A DNA stretch of 64,000 nt, from assembly GCA_037481835.1 (NCBI GenBank), contig JBBFKW010000002.1:32001-96000 (forward strand). The letters are read 5' to 3'. The number at the start of each line of letters is the position of its first letter. Position 1 is the first letter of the stretch. A program made the translations under genes and the position numbers. This stretch comes from Desulfosoma sp. (GTDB lineage: Bacteria; Desulfobacterota; Syntrophobacteria; Syntrophobacterales; DSM-9756). Of the stretch, positions 1 through 7,891 are shown in pieces. The notes beneath the pieces are model-generated. The model saw only the letters and a program-made list of their open reading frames with translations. It was not told where the DNA came from and made no database searches.

Positions 1-1
1 G

Positions 2-100
2 GGGGCGGCGGAAATGGTCGTCCCGTTGGAAGCCATCCCCACGGCGATCTTCCGGGCTTTGGAGGAAAAGGCTTCCCCCTACGAGACGGCGGCCTCTTAG
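2..100 (+). CDS. cheB: 3' end of probable chemotaxis methylesterase CheB (partial)
   Basis: Frame 2 reads GAAEMVVPLEAIPTAIFRALEEKASPYETAAS*, resembling the CheB C-terminus; directly upstream of cheY. Confidence 0.55.
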   Translation, partial: GAAEMVVPLEAIPTAIFRALEEKASPYETAAS

Positions 101-215
101 CCCCGCACCGACGAGCACAACAGGTTGCCGGTGGCACAGCATGAGGTTCTCGAAGGGCTTGCGGTCCGGGTTTTGTTCTGAGGGATCATTGAAAGTACAG
201 CAAAGGAGTTGAGCC

Positions 216-599
216 GTGGCGTACAAGGATATGAAGGTCTTGGTCGTGGATGATTTCGCCACCATGCGTCGCATCGTCAAAAACATTCTGAGGGAGCTGG
301 ATTTCAAGGAGATTGTGGAAGCGGAAAACGGCGCGGCGGCGGTCAAGATTTTGGAATCCCAAGACATCGACCTCATCGTCTCCGACTGGAACATGCCCAA
401 GATGACCGGGTTGGACCTTCTCAAATGGGTTCGAGCCAACGAAAAAACCAAGAACCTGCCGTTTCTCATGGTGACGGCGGAGGCACAAAAGGAAAACGTG
501 GTGGAAGCCGTGAAGGCCAAAGTGAGCAACTACATCGTCAAGCCCTTTACGGCCGCCGTCATGGCCGAAAAGCTCGCCAAGATTCTCCCTCAAAACTGA
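216..599 (+). CDS. cheY: Chemotaxis response regulator CheY
   Basis: VLVVDDFATMRRI, DWNMP, VTAEA, YIVKPF; GTG start after AAGGAG. Confidence 0.97.
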   Translation: MAYKDMKVLVVDDFATMRRIVKNILRELDFKEIVEAENGAAAVKILESQDIDLIVSDWNMPKMTGLDLLKWVRANEKTKNLPFLMVTAEAQKENVVEAVKAKVSNYIVKPFTAAVMAEKLAKILPQN

Positions 600-613
600 G
601 TGGGAGTGGGACC

Positions 614-2830
614 ATGGCCGTGGAACATTTTCCTTCGGAACCTTTGGAGGCTTTGCTATCCCGCCTGGCTGACGGTGTGGTGGCGGGACCCGACGACCTC
701 ATGGGCATCGGGGAATGCCTCAATGTCATCGAAAGTATCGAAGCCCACGAGAGCACCCCGGATTCCTGGAGGGATGACCTTGAAGCCGTGAAGCGGCTTT
801 TTCGAGGGATCATCCTGGAGGAATCCGCGGACCCGTCGGCGGACTGGGAAAAGATCCGTGACGTCCTGAAAAAATTTTCCGGAAACGGGCGCGGAGGGGC
901 CGTGAGCGCCTCCGGGGTCCACGCCGAGGAGCCGCCGCCGGAGACTCAACAGGCGGCGTGCCCCTTGAATGTTTCGGGGGAAGAAGCCGATGAGGATCAC
1001 CCCGCATCGGAAGAAGTCCGGTTGGAAGATGCGGAACTCATCAAGGATTTTATCGAGGAAGCGAAAGAGCACCTTGCGTCCATCGAGCTCAACATCATGT
1101 CCCTGGAAGCGGATCCGACGGACAAGGAAGCCATCAACGCCGTCTTTCGCCCGTTTCATTCCATTAAAGGTGTCGCCGGCTTTCTCAACCTTAGCTCCAT
1201 TCACCACTTGAGCCACGAAGTGGAAAACCTTTTGGACGAGGCCCGATCGGGCGCCATTGACGTGACCGATGCGGTCATTGATGTCGTCTTGCGCGCCGTG
1301 GATATCCTCAAGGTCCTGCTTCAGGAGCTGGAAGCCGCTCTGGGATGCGGCCAGGCGACGCTCTCCGCCGGCTTGGTGGAAAACTTCCTCAAGAGCCTCA
1401 AGGCCTTTGATTCGGCCCGGCATGTGCCCGCTGCCGGCGCCCAAAAGCGGCCCAAGGTCGGGGAAATTCTCGTTCAAAAGGGGCTGGTGGAACCCGAGGT
1501 TGTGGAGAAGGCAATTCATGAGGCCAAGAAAAGGGGGAAGAAAGTCGGCGAAGTGCTCGTGGAAGAAGGGGTGCTCAGCCCCCAAGACGTGGCCATCGCC
1601 CTTCGGGAGCAGCGCCGTTACCAGGAAAACACGGCCTCGGTTCGCGTGGATACGGCCAAACTGGACAATCTGGTGGACATGGTGGGGGAACTGGTCATCG
1701 CCCAGTCCATGGTGCTTCAGAACCCGGAGGTGCAGGCCATCAGGGACCAGAAGTTCCAAAAGGATTCCGTCCAGCTGCGGCGCATCACGGCGGAACTGCA
1801 GCGCATTTCCATGTCCCTGCGGATGGTCCCCATCAAGAGCACGTTCCAGAAGCTCATCCGGCTGGTTCGGGATCTTTCCAAAAAATCCGGCAAGGACGTG
1901 CGGTTAGAGATGCGAGGGGAAGAGACCGAAATCGACCGGAACATGGTCGAAGAGATTTACGAGCCGCTGGTGCACATGATTCGAAATGCCGTGGATCACG
2001 GTCTGGAACTGCCCGAAGAACGAAAGGCCCGCGGCAAGGATCCCTGTGGGACCATTTATCTGAGCGCCGAACAGAAAGGCGGGAACATCATCATCGAACT
2101 GCGAGACGACGGCCGGGGTCTGGATGCGCAGAAGATCCGGGCCAAGGCCGTGGAACGGGGTCTGATCGGGCCGGATGAGGTCTTAGAAGAAAGGGCCCTG
2201 TTCGAACTCATCTTTCACCCGGGGTTTTCCACCAAAGACGAGGTGACGGACGTTTCCGGGCGCGGCGTGGGCATGGATGTGGTGCGACGCAGCGTGGAAG
2301 AACTGCGCGGGAAGCTGGAGGTGAGCAGCGTGCCGGGCCAGGGCACCCGCTTCGAGTTGAAGCTGCCCCTGACTATGGCCATCATCGACGGCATGGTCAT
2401 CTGCGTCGGTTCCGAACGGTACGTGGTGCCCACGGTGGCCCTGCGGGAATCCCTCCGGCCGTCCCGGGAAGCCTACCTCACCGTCCATGGTTCGGAAGAG
2501 ATGATCAAGGTCAGAAACCAGCTCATGCCGCTTATCCGGCTTCATAAAATGTTCGGCGTGGCACCTCGATACACCGACCCGTGGGACGCCCTCATTCTCG
2601 TCGTCAATGAGGACCAGAAATCCTATTGCCTCCTGGCCGATGAAATCATTGGGCGACAAGAGGTGGTCATCAAGAGCCTCGGGGCGGGGCTGCGCCATGT
2701 GAAGGGACTTTCGGGCGGGGCGATCCTGGGCGACGGCAAGGTCGCCCTGATCCTGGACGTGAAAGGCATTGTGAGCGGCTACGAAGAAGGTGGACACCAT
2801 GGATATGATCGGCAAAGACGAGTGGCGTGA
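614..2830 (+). CDS. cheA: Chemotaxis histidine kinase CheA with extra N-terminal helical region and MshEN-like insert
   Basis: Hpt FRPFHSIKG, dimerization VRVDTAKLDNLVDMVGELVI, HMIRNAVDHG, GRGVGMDVV, C-terminal CheW domain; ATG 614 follows GGGAG just after the cheY stop. Confidence 0.95.
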   Translation: MAVEHFPSEPLEALLSRLADGVVAGPDDLMGIGECLNVIESIEAHESTPDSWRDDLEAVKRLFRGIILEESADPSADWEKIRDVLKKFSGNGRGGAVSASGVHAEEPPPETQQAACPLNVSGEEADEDHPASEEVRLEDAELIKDFIEEAKEHLASIELNIMSLEADPTDKEAINAVFRPFHSIKGVAGFLNLSSIHHLSHEVENLLDEARSGAIDVTDAVIDVVLRAVDILKVLLQELEAALGCGQATLSAGLVENFLKSLKAFDSARHVPAAGAQKRPKVGEILVQKGLVEPEVVEKAIHEAKKRGKKVGEVLVEEGVLSPQDVAIALREQRRYQENTASVRVDTAKLDNLVDMVGELVIAQSMVLQNPEVQAIRDQKFQKDSVQLRRITAELQRISMSLRMVPIKSTFQKLIRLVRDLSKKSGKDVRLEMRGEETEIDRNMVEEIYEPLVHMIRNAVDHGLELPEERKARGKDPCGTIYLSAEQKGGNIIIELRDDGRGLDAQKIRAKAVERGLIGPDEVLEERALFELIFHPGFSTKDEVTDVSGRGVGMDVVRRSVEELRGKLEVSSVPGQGTRFELKLPLTMAIIDGMVICVGSERYVVPTVALRESLRPSREAYLTVHGSEEMIKVRNQLMPLIRLHKMFGVAPRYTDPWDALILVVNEDQKSYCLLADEIIGRQEVVIKSLGAGLRHVKGLSGGAILGDGKVALILDVKGIVSGYEEGGHHGYDRQRRVA

Positions 2831-4202
2831 TCTCTTGCAGCTTGTGGACGATGTGGAGAGAGCGGTCACGGAAACGGACGTGGACCCTGAGTCGGCCTGG
2901 GATCGTTGTTCCGACGCCCTGAAAACCCTAAGCAGCACGGCGGCCATGCTGGGCATGGAAGGGCTGGCGAAAGCGGGCGGCGCCCTGGAAGCCCACCTGG
3001 AACACAAGGTGCGTGGCAACGGCACGATGTCAGGCGAAGGGCGTTCGGTTTTCCAGTTCGCCGTGAACGCCCTGAAGGAACAGATGAGCCATGCGTCACG
3101 TTCTGAAGGGGCGCAGGACATCGATCCGCAGGAGGTCCTTTCCTTTGTGGAGGATGCGGACGAGGGCGCGGAAACCGAGGAGCCCGGAGTTCCATTGGGC
3201 GAGGCTCTTGCTGAGGATGATGCTGATGAAGACGCCGTGATCGATCGGCTGGTTGGGACCCCTCCGCGCGCTGCGGCGCTGTCGAGGGAGGTCGACGAGC
3301 ACAGAGGCGTTTCTGCCATTGAAGATTTTTGCCGGAGAGTGCAGGGCTCTGTGTGTCGGTTTGACGACGGCGCTGGGTGTCCCGTGGCGCACATCCAGGT
3401 TCCCTTAACCCCAGAAGCTCTCGAACGGCTGGAGACACTTCTCAACCCGGCAGGAAGGCTGGAAAACCTTCGCGTGAAGGTTTCTTCTGATGAGAGCAAG
3501 GTCACGGAGACCGTGCTTGAGGCCATCAAAGAATTCATGCAGGCCCTTTCCGACGGCGATCTCTCGAGGGCGGAAAAGATTCTCGGGGAGCTTGCCGAAA
3601 GCCGCCACCCCGGTCTTTACCAGGAAATCGGGGGAATCGCCAGGGAGCTGCACAATTCTTTGCGGGACTTCGTCCGCACCATGGACCCCTCTTTGCGGGA
3701 AATGGTGGAGGAAAAGATTCCCGATTCGGGAAATCGTCTGGAGCACATCATCAAACTCACCGAAACGGCGGCCAACACGACCTTGGATCATGTGGAAGCC
3801 CTGCAGAAAAGAAACGAAAAGGATCAGGAACGACTGGAAGCCATCGGTGAGGTCTTGAGCGGGCTGCACCCCCTGGGAGAGGGCGCTCAAAAGAGGTTGG
3901 ACGAGGCGGTGGCGGCCGTCCGGGAGCTCTTGGGATCGGCGCAAAAAAGCCACGAGGATTTGATCAGGATCCTCACGGCCCAGGACTATCAGGACCTCAC
4001 AGGCCAGATCATTATGAAGATCATGGCCCTTCTCGAAGATTTGGAAACCAAGCTGGTCCAGCTCATCGCCAAATTCGGCGTCAAGGTGGATAAAGCGAGG
4101 AAGGTTAAGGACGAGCTTTACGGACCCGCCCACGAAGCGGTGGAAGACGCCCTGCATTCCCAGAGCGATGTGGATGCGCTCCTAGCGGAATTCGGATTTT
4201 AA
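2799..4202 (+). CDS. cheZ: CheZ phosphatase with N-terminal His-less Hpt-like domain
   Basis: AQDYQDLTGQII catalytic motif and terminal SQSDVDALLAEFGF; start 2790/2799/2805 uncertain. Confidence 0.88.
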   Translation: MDMIGKDEWRDLLQLVDDVERAVTETDVDPESAWDRCSDALKTLSSTAAMLGMEGLAKAGGALEAHLEHKVRGNGTMSGEGRSVFQFAVNALKEQMSHASRSEGAQDIDPQEVLSFVEDADEGAETEEPGVPLGEALAEDDADEDAVIDRLVGTPPRAAALSREVDEHRGVSAIEDFCRRVQGSVCRFDDGAGCPVAHIQVPLTPEALERLETLLNPAGRLENLRVKVSSDESKVTETVLEAIKEFMQALSDGDLSRAEKILGELAESRHPGLYQEIGGIARELHNSLRDFVRTMDPSLREMVEEKIPDSGNRLEHIIKLTETAANTTLDHVEALQKRNEKDQERLEAIGEVLSGLHPLGEGAQKRLDEAVAAVRELLGSAQKSHEDLIRILTAQDYQDLTGQIIMKIMALLEDLETKLVQLIAKFGVKVDKARKVKDELYGPAHEAVEDALHSQSDVDALLAEFGF

Positions 4203-4209
4203 AAGAAAC

Positions 4210-4264
4210 CACGGTCGGGAGGGAGGGGCGGCGGGTTCGAGGTTACCCCTCCCTGTGATCCGTG
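4210..4264. terminator. GC-rich hairpin between convergent cheZ and the cyclase gene
   Basis: CACGG..GGGAGGGG / CCCCTCCC..CCGTG inverted repeat; A-rich left flank gives a U-rich tail on the minus strand. Confidence 0.5.
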
Positions 4265-4310
4265 AAGGAACTCGTCCTTAGCTCCGACGAAGGTGGAGGG
4301 GCGGAGAAGT

Positions 4311-5789
4311 TCAATCCGCGGCGACACAATTTCGACCGCGCTTTTTCGCCTCATAGAGGGCCGCATCGGCCCGTTCAAAAAGGTGCTGAGGGGACTCCTC
4401 GTCGACTCTTGTCTGCGCCACCCCCACACTGATGGTCAAGGGAACCCTTTGACCCTGGTAGAGAAATCGGGTTTTTTCCACGCAGCTTCTCAGCTTTTCC
4501 GCAACCGCTATGGCCCCTTCCGCCTCAATGCCCGGCAGAATGACCGCAAATTCTTCCCCGCCGTATCGCGAGAGAAAATCGGACTTTCTGAGAACGGCTC
4601 CCATGCGTCGGGTGACCTCCTTGAGGCACTGATCCCCCGTGGTGTGGCCGTAGAGGTCGTTGACCCGCTTGAAGTGGTCCAGATCGATCACCAGGAGGGA
4701 AAAGCCCTGACCATAGCGTTGGAACCGATGAAATTCCTCCTGCAGGCGAATATCGAAGGCCCTGCGGTTGTGGATCCCGGTGAGAGGGTCTTGAACCGCT
4801 TGTTGCTCCAGGATGCGCGTTTTTTCCTGCATGTGGGAAATTTCGTGCTTCATTTTCTTCAGGGCCTGCTGGAGGGCCTCGGTGTTTTGATCCGCCGTGC
4901 GATGGCGGGATTCATCCTGTTCGCGCTTTTCTTTCAAAAACTTTTTGATGGTGGCGAGCTTGGATTCCACAACGATCTTGAGTTCCTCCAGAGTGCGGGT
5001 CAGATTGACCGAATCGCGCATTTCCTGCATCTGCCCGTCCAGAGTGGCGGCGAAGACCTCGTTGGCTTCTTTGGCCTCTCGGCTGTGGCGGACCGTGGTG
5101 TGAAGCATGGTTTCCATTTCCACCAGGTCTTGGCCGATTTCCGTGAAAAATCGGGCCACACGGGACCGTTCCACCGTGACGGACTCATTGAACTCTCGAG
5201 CCAAATCCGCCAAGAGGCGGGTGCCGACGAGGAGATCGTCGAAAGAACGGCAGGCGTCGAGCTTGGCGGAGACGGTTTCCCACTTTTTATGGTAAGCTTC
5301 CCCGAAATCGCTGCGCAGAGAATCCATCACCAGGCGATGGGCATTGAGGAAGTCAGGGAGGGGAGGAAGGGGTGCGGAGAGGCCCGAAAGCGGCCTGGCG
5401 GAACCTCCGTCGTCCCCGGCAGCCCCTCCGCTACAGGTTTCCTGCAGAGACCATGTCTTGATCTGCTGGATATCTCGGTCCACTTGGTCCCAATCGGGAT
5501 CGCCGGCCAACAATCGGTCTTTTAGCCCGTCGAGGGCGTCCGAGGTCTTGGGGTCTGCCAAAGGCTTGACCATAGACATGAGATGAAGGAGAGACCGCCG
5601 AAAGATGTCCGTGAGATGCTCTTTCTGCTGCTTCAAATCGAAAATGTCTTTCATAAGGTCGTTTTTCTGACTCCGAATCCGCTGGACCTGTTCCCTGAGG
5701 GCCTCCATCCGTTGAACGTCGGAAAGGGTGCCGTCACTTCCTGAAAATCTGTTCGGCATGGTCTTCTCCATCATGTTCAAACAGTTCAT
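4311..5789 (-). CDS. Cytoplasmic coiled-coil diguanylate cyclase (GGEEF)
   Basis: DPLTG..NRR, IDLDHFKRVNDLYGH, RKSD-FLSR-YGGEEF (I-site and A-site intact); ATG 5789 overlaps the stop of the upstream small gene (ATGA). Confidence 0.93.
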   Translation of the reverse strand: MNCLNMMEKTMPNRFSGSDGTLSDVQRMEALREQVQRIRSQKNDLMKDIFDLKQQKEHLTDIFRRSLLHLMSMVKPLADPKTSDALDGLKDRLLAGDPDWDQVDRDIQQIKTWSLQETCSGGAAGDDGGSARPLSGLSAPLPPLPDFLNAHRLVMDSLRSDFGEAYHKKWETVSAKLDACRSFDDLLVGTRLLADLAREFNESVTVERSRVARFFTEIGQDLVEMETMLHTTVRHSREAKEANEVFAATLDGQMQEMRDSVNLTRTLEELKIVVESKLATIKKFLKEKREQDESRHRTADQNTEALQQALKKMKHEISHMQEKTRILEQQAVQDPLTGIHNRRAFDIRLQEEFHRFQRYGQGFSLLVIDLDHFKRVNDLYGHTTGDQCLKEVTRRMGAVLRKSDFLSRYGGEEFAVILPGIEAEGAIAVAEKLRSCVEKTRFLYQGQRVPLTISVGVAQTRVDEESPQHLFERADAALYEAKKRGRNCVAAD

Positions 5790-6001
5790 GCCTTTTCTCC
5801 GGATGAGAAATCGGGGCGCTTCTTTTCTCGAAAAAACTGGCATGGGTATCCCGAGGAGGCGCACACGCTCAGGCTCGGATGGTGCCGGCTTCTGATTCCC
5901 CAGGCACGGCAGCCGTAAGGGGCGCGCGGATCCCACGTCATGGCGAAATGCACGCACCGCGGACAGTAAACCGTCGATGATTCCTGCGATAAAGACGGCA
6001 T
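5786..6001 (-). CDS. Small Cys-rich protein (CxxCxHF-xxTWD-xxxPxGC...SGxxC family)
   Basis: 71 aa MPSLSQESSTVYCPRCVHFAMTWDPRAPYGCRAWGIRS...SGYPCQFF; GGAGG upstream; ATGA coupling to the cyclase. Confidence 0.75.
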   Translation of the reverse strand: MPSLSQESSTVYCPRCVHFAMTWDPRAPYGCRAWGIRSRHHPSLSVCASSGYPCQFFREKKRPDFSSGEKA

Positions 6002-6075
6002 GGCTTTGTGCGCTCCTCCCAAAATTCTTCGGCTCAAACCCGGCCTTCCACGGCTCCCACGGCATCCTCATAAGA

Positions 6076-6091
6076 AGCATATCGCATGCCA
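6076..6091 (-). promoter_or_regulatory. Sigma54 promoter for small Cys protein-cyclase operon
   Basis: Minus strand TGGCATGCGATATGCT (GG-N10-GC). Confidence 0.65.
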
Positions 6092-6159
6092 GATCCCTTT
6101 TCGGAACTGCGCCCGCGCAGCTCCGCGGAGCCCGGAGGCTTCAGAGCGGAAGATATTTC

Positions 6160-6187
6160 TCAAGTCCTGGGCAAAATCTTCCGATAT
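6160..6187 (+). promoter_or_regulatory. Sigma28 (FliA)-like promoter for DVU0524-like gene and flgM
   Basis: TCAAG-N15-TCCGATAT, 24 nt before ATG 6212. Confidence 0.55.
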
Positions 6188-6211
6188 ATTAAGCGAAGGA
6201 GAAAATCGGCT

Positions 6212-6439
6212 ATGATCGTCACGGACTACCACGTGCAGAGCGTTCTTCGAACCTACACCCGCCAATTGCAGCGCTCCCGGCTGGCGTCGGTTTTGAGCGG
6301 CGGTGAGAAGGGAGGTTCGCCTGCAGAGGAGAAGGTGAGCATTTCGGAAGAAGCTCGGCGTCGCCTCATCCGTGACCGCGTAACCAGCCAGGTGTTGGAA
6401 AAACAGATGCTTGAGCAGCCCGTGGAAAGCGTCCGGTAA
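6212..6439 (+). CDS. DVU0524-family FlgM-associated small protein
   Basis: MIVTDYHVQSVLRTYTRQL...EKVSISEEARR; AAGGAG RBS; directly upstream of flgM. Confidence 0.75.
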   Translation: MIVTDYHVQSVLRTYTRQLQRSRLASVLSGGEKGGSPAEEKVSISEEARRRLIRDRVTSQVLEKQMLEQPVESVR

Positions 6440-6492
6440 CGGAAAGAGTCCCGCGGATCCATGGTGGGATCGCCCATCCGGCGCGACAAAGG

Positions 6493-6798
6493 ATGAAGGA
6501 CATGGATATCAAAAAAGTTGGAAGTTACATGGCCACCACTGCGCATGTCCAGGAAAACCGCCCCGTGCGACCCGAAGAACAGCCCGCTCAGGTTTCCAAA
6601 AACCTGGAGGCCGACGGGGTGGAAGACCGCGTGCAGTTTTCCCGGGAAGCCGTCGAGCTCGCCCGAACCCGGGTCATGATGGACCGCGAAGACATCCGAA
6701 CCGAAAAGGTGGAAGCCTTGCGTCAAAAGATCCATGACGGAACCTACAAGGTGGATCCGCAGAAAATCGCCGCCCGCATGCTGGATGAAATTATTTGA
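6493..6798 (+). CDS. flgM: Anti-sigma28 factor FlgM
   Basis: DRVQFS, DIRTEKVEALRQKIHDGTYKVDPQKIAARML; start may be 6502. Confidence 0.92.
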   Translation: MKDMDIKKVGSYMATTAHVQENRPVRPEEQPAQVSKNLEADGVEDRVQFSREAVELARTRVMMDREDIRTEKVEALRQKIHDGTYKVDPQKIAARMLDEII

Positions 6799-6811
6799 CG
6801 CTCCGTGCTGA

Positions 6812-6860
6812 GTCATTCTATTGACAGAGAACGGCCCCCGTAGTTCGTCATCCTTTTGAC
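6812..6860. promoter_or_regulatory. Pair of GTCA-N6-TGAC palindromes (candidate activator sites)
   Basis: GTCATTCTATTGAC at 6812-6825 and GTCATCCTTTTGAC at 6847-6860, 35 bp apart. Confidence 0.5.
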
Positions 6861-6880
6861 GACAGGGGGCCGGCCGTTTC

Positions 6881-6917
6881 AAACCCTCGGGTCGCCTTTA
6901 GCGGCTCGGGGGTTTTT
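6881..6917 (+). terminator. Intrinsic terminator after flgM, possibly bidirectional
   Basis: AAACCCTCGGGTCGC-CTTTA-GCGGCTCGGGGGTTTTT. Confidence 0.7.
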
Positions 6918-7006
6918 ACTCGGGAACGCCCACCCTCTGGGCCTTCATTCCCCCGAGGGGCTTTTGTCCCATTGACCTTTACACAAGATGCGGACGATGG
7001 GGAGCC

Positions 7007-7876
7007 TTAGAGGTATCGGACGAGGCTCAAATCTTTGAGCACCAAGGTGGATTTGAGGGCGGCTTCCAGGGCGATCTGGTGGCTTTGGAGCCTGCTCACG
7101 GCATCGAGAAGATCCGTGTCTCGAAGGTCGGAAAGGGTTTGCTGGCGGTCTGTCGTGAGCGCATCGAGGGCGTCGCGGCGCCTTTCGAGGCCGCTCATGC
7201 GGGTTCCCACGGTGGCCGATAGGGCCCGAAGATTTTCCAGGGCGTCTTCCAGATCCACGAGGGCCGTGTCGATGCCTTGAGTGTCGTCGCTTTGGATGGA
7301 TGTCTTCAGGCTTTCCAAGGCATTCATCACGTCAGGGATGGTTTGCGAAAGGTCGCAGGGGAGGGTCATCCCGTCGGTGCCGTTTCCGAGGGGCAGCTTC
7401 AGCGGGTCGTCTTCAGGGCGTGATGAGGTCCACTCCCATGTCTCTGCTGCCTCGTTCCAGGTCGGCGTGCCGCCGAAGACGCTTTGGCCGTTGTATTCTT
7501 CGGAAACGGTCAAGGCGAGTTCTTCGAGGATCTGTCCCAGTTCTTCCACATAAGCGGTTTTTTCTTCTGCCGAATTGGGGGTGTTGGCCGCCATGCCGAT
7601 TTCTTTGGCCCTCACCAAAAGGTCATGGGCGTGGTTCAACCCGCTGTCGGCTACGGCCAGCATGCCCATGGCGAAATCCATATTGTTCCTGTACCGTTCC
7701 ATGCGTTGGAGCACCTGCTGGACATCCAGGGATCGGGCCCAGGCGGACGGATCATCGTGGGGGTTATGGAGCCGCACCCCGCTGGAGATGTCTCGGCTCA
7801 GACGGCTGATGTTCTCCTGTTTTCTCAGGATGTCTCGGTTCGTTGTCCCGTACATCAGGGGAAGGGTCACTCGCAT
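7007..7876 (-). CDS. flgL: Hook-associated protein FlgL
   Basis: Flagellin-like termini (SSGVRLHNPHDDP; DLRDTDL...LSLVRYL); follows flgK. Confidence 0.9.
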   Translation of the reverse strand: MRVTLPLMYGTTNRDILRKQENISRLSRDISSGVRLHNPHDDPSAWARSLDVQQVLQRMERYRNNMDFAMGMLAVADSGLNHAHDLLVRAKEIGMAANTPNSAEEKTAYVEELGQILEELALTVSEEYNGQSVFGGTPTWNEAAETWEWTSSRPEDDPLKLPLGNGTDGMTLPCDLSQTIPDVMNALESLKTSIQSDDTQGIDTALVDLEDALENLRALSATVGTRMSGLERRRDALDALTTDRQQTLSDLRDTDLLDAVSRLQSHQIALEAALKSTLVLKDLSLVRYL

Positions 7877-7891
7877 GGGCCGTCCTTCTCA

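Noticed and set aside
132..147. TGGCAC upstream of cheY as a sigma54 promoter
   Set aside because: No GC at the -12 position (TGGCACAGCATGAGGT)
425..613. Extended CheA N-terminus from the ORF track
   Set aside because: Overlaps cheY in another frame; ATG 614 has an RBS
4228..4250. GGGTTCGA as a tRNA T-loop
   Set aside because: No cloverleaf; part of an intergenic hairpin
5790..6080. N-terminal extension of the cyclase ORF
   Set aside because: Region is occupied by the Cys-rich gene and the sigma54 promoter
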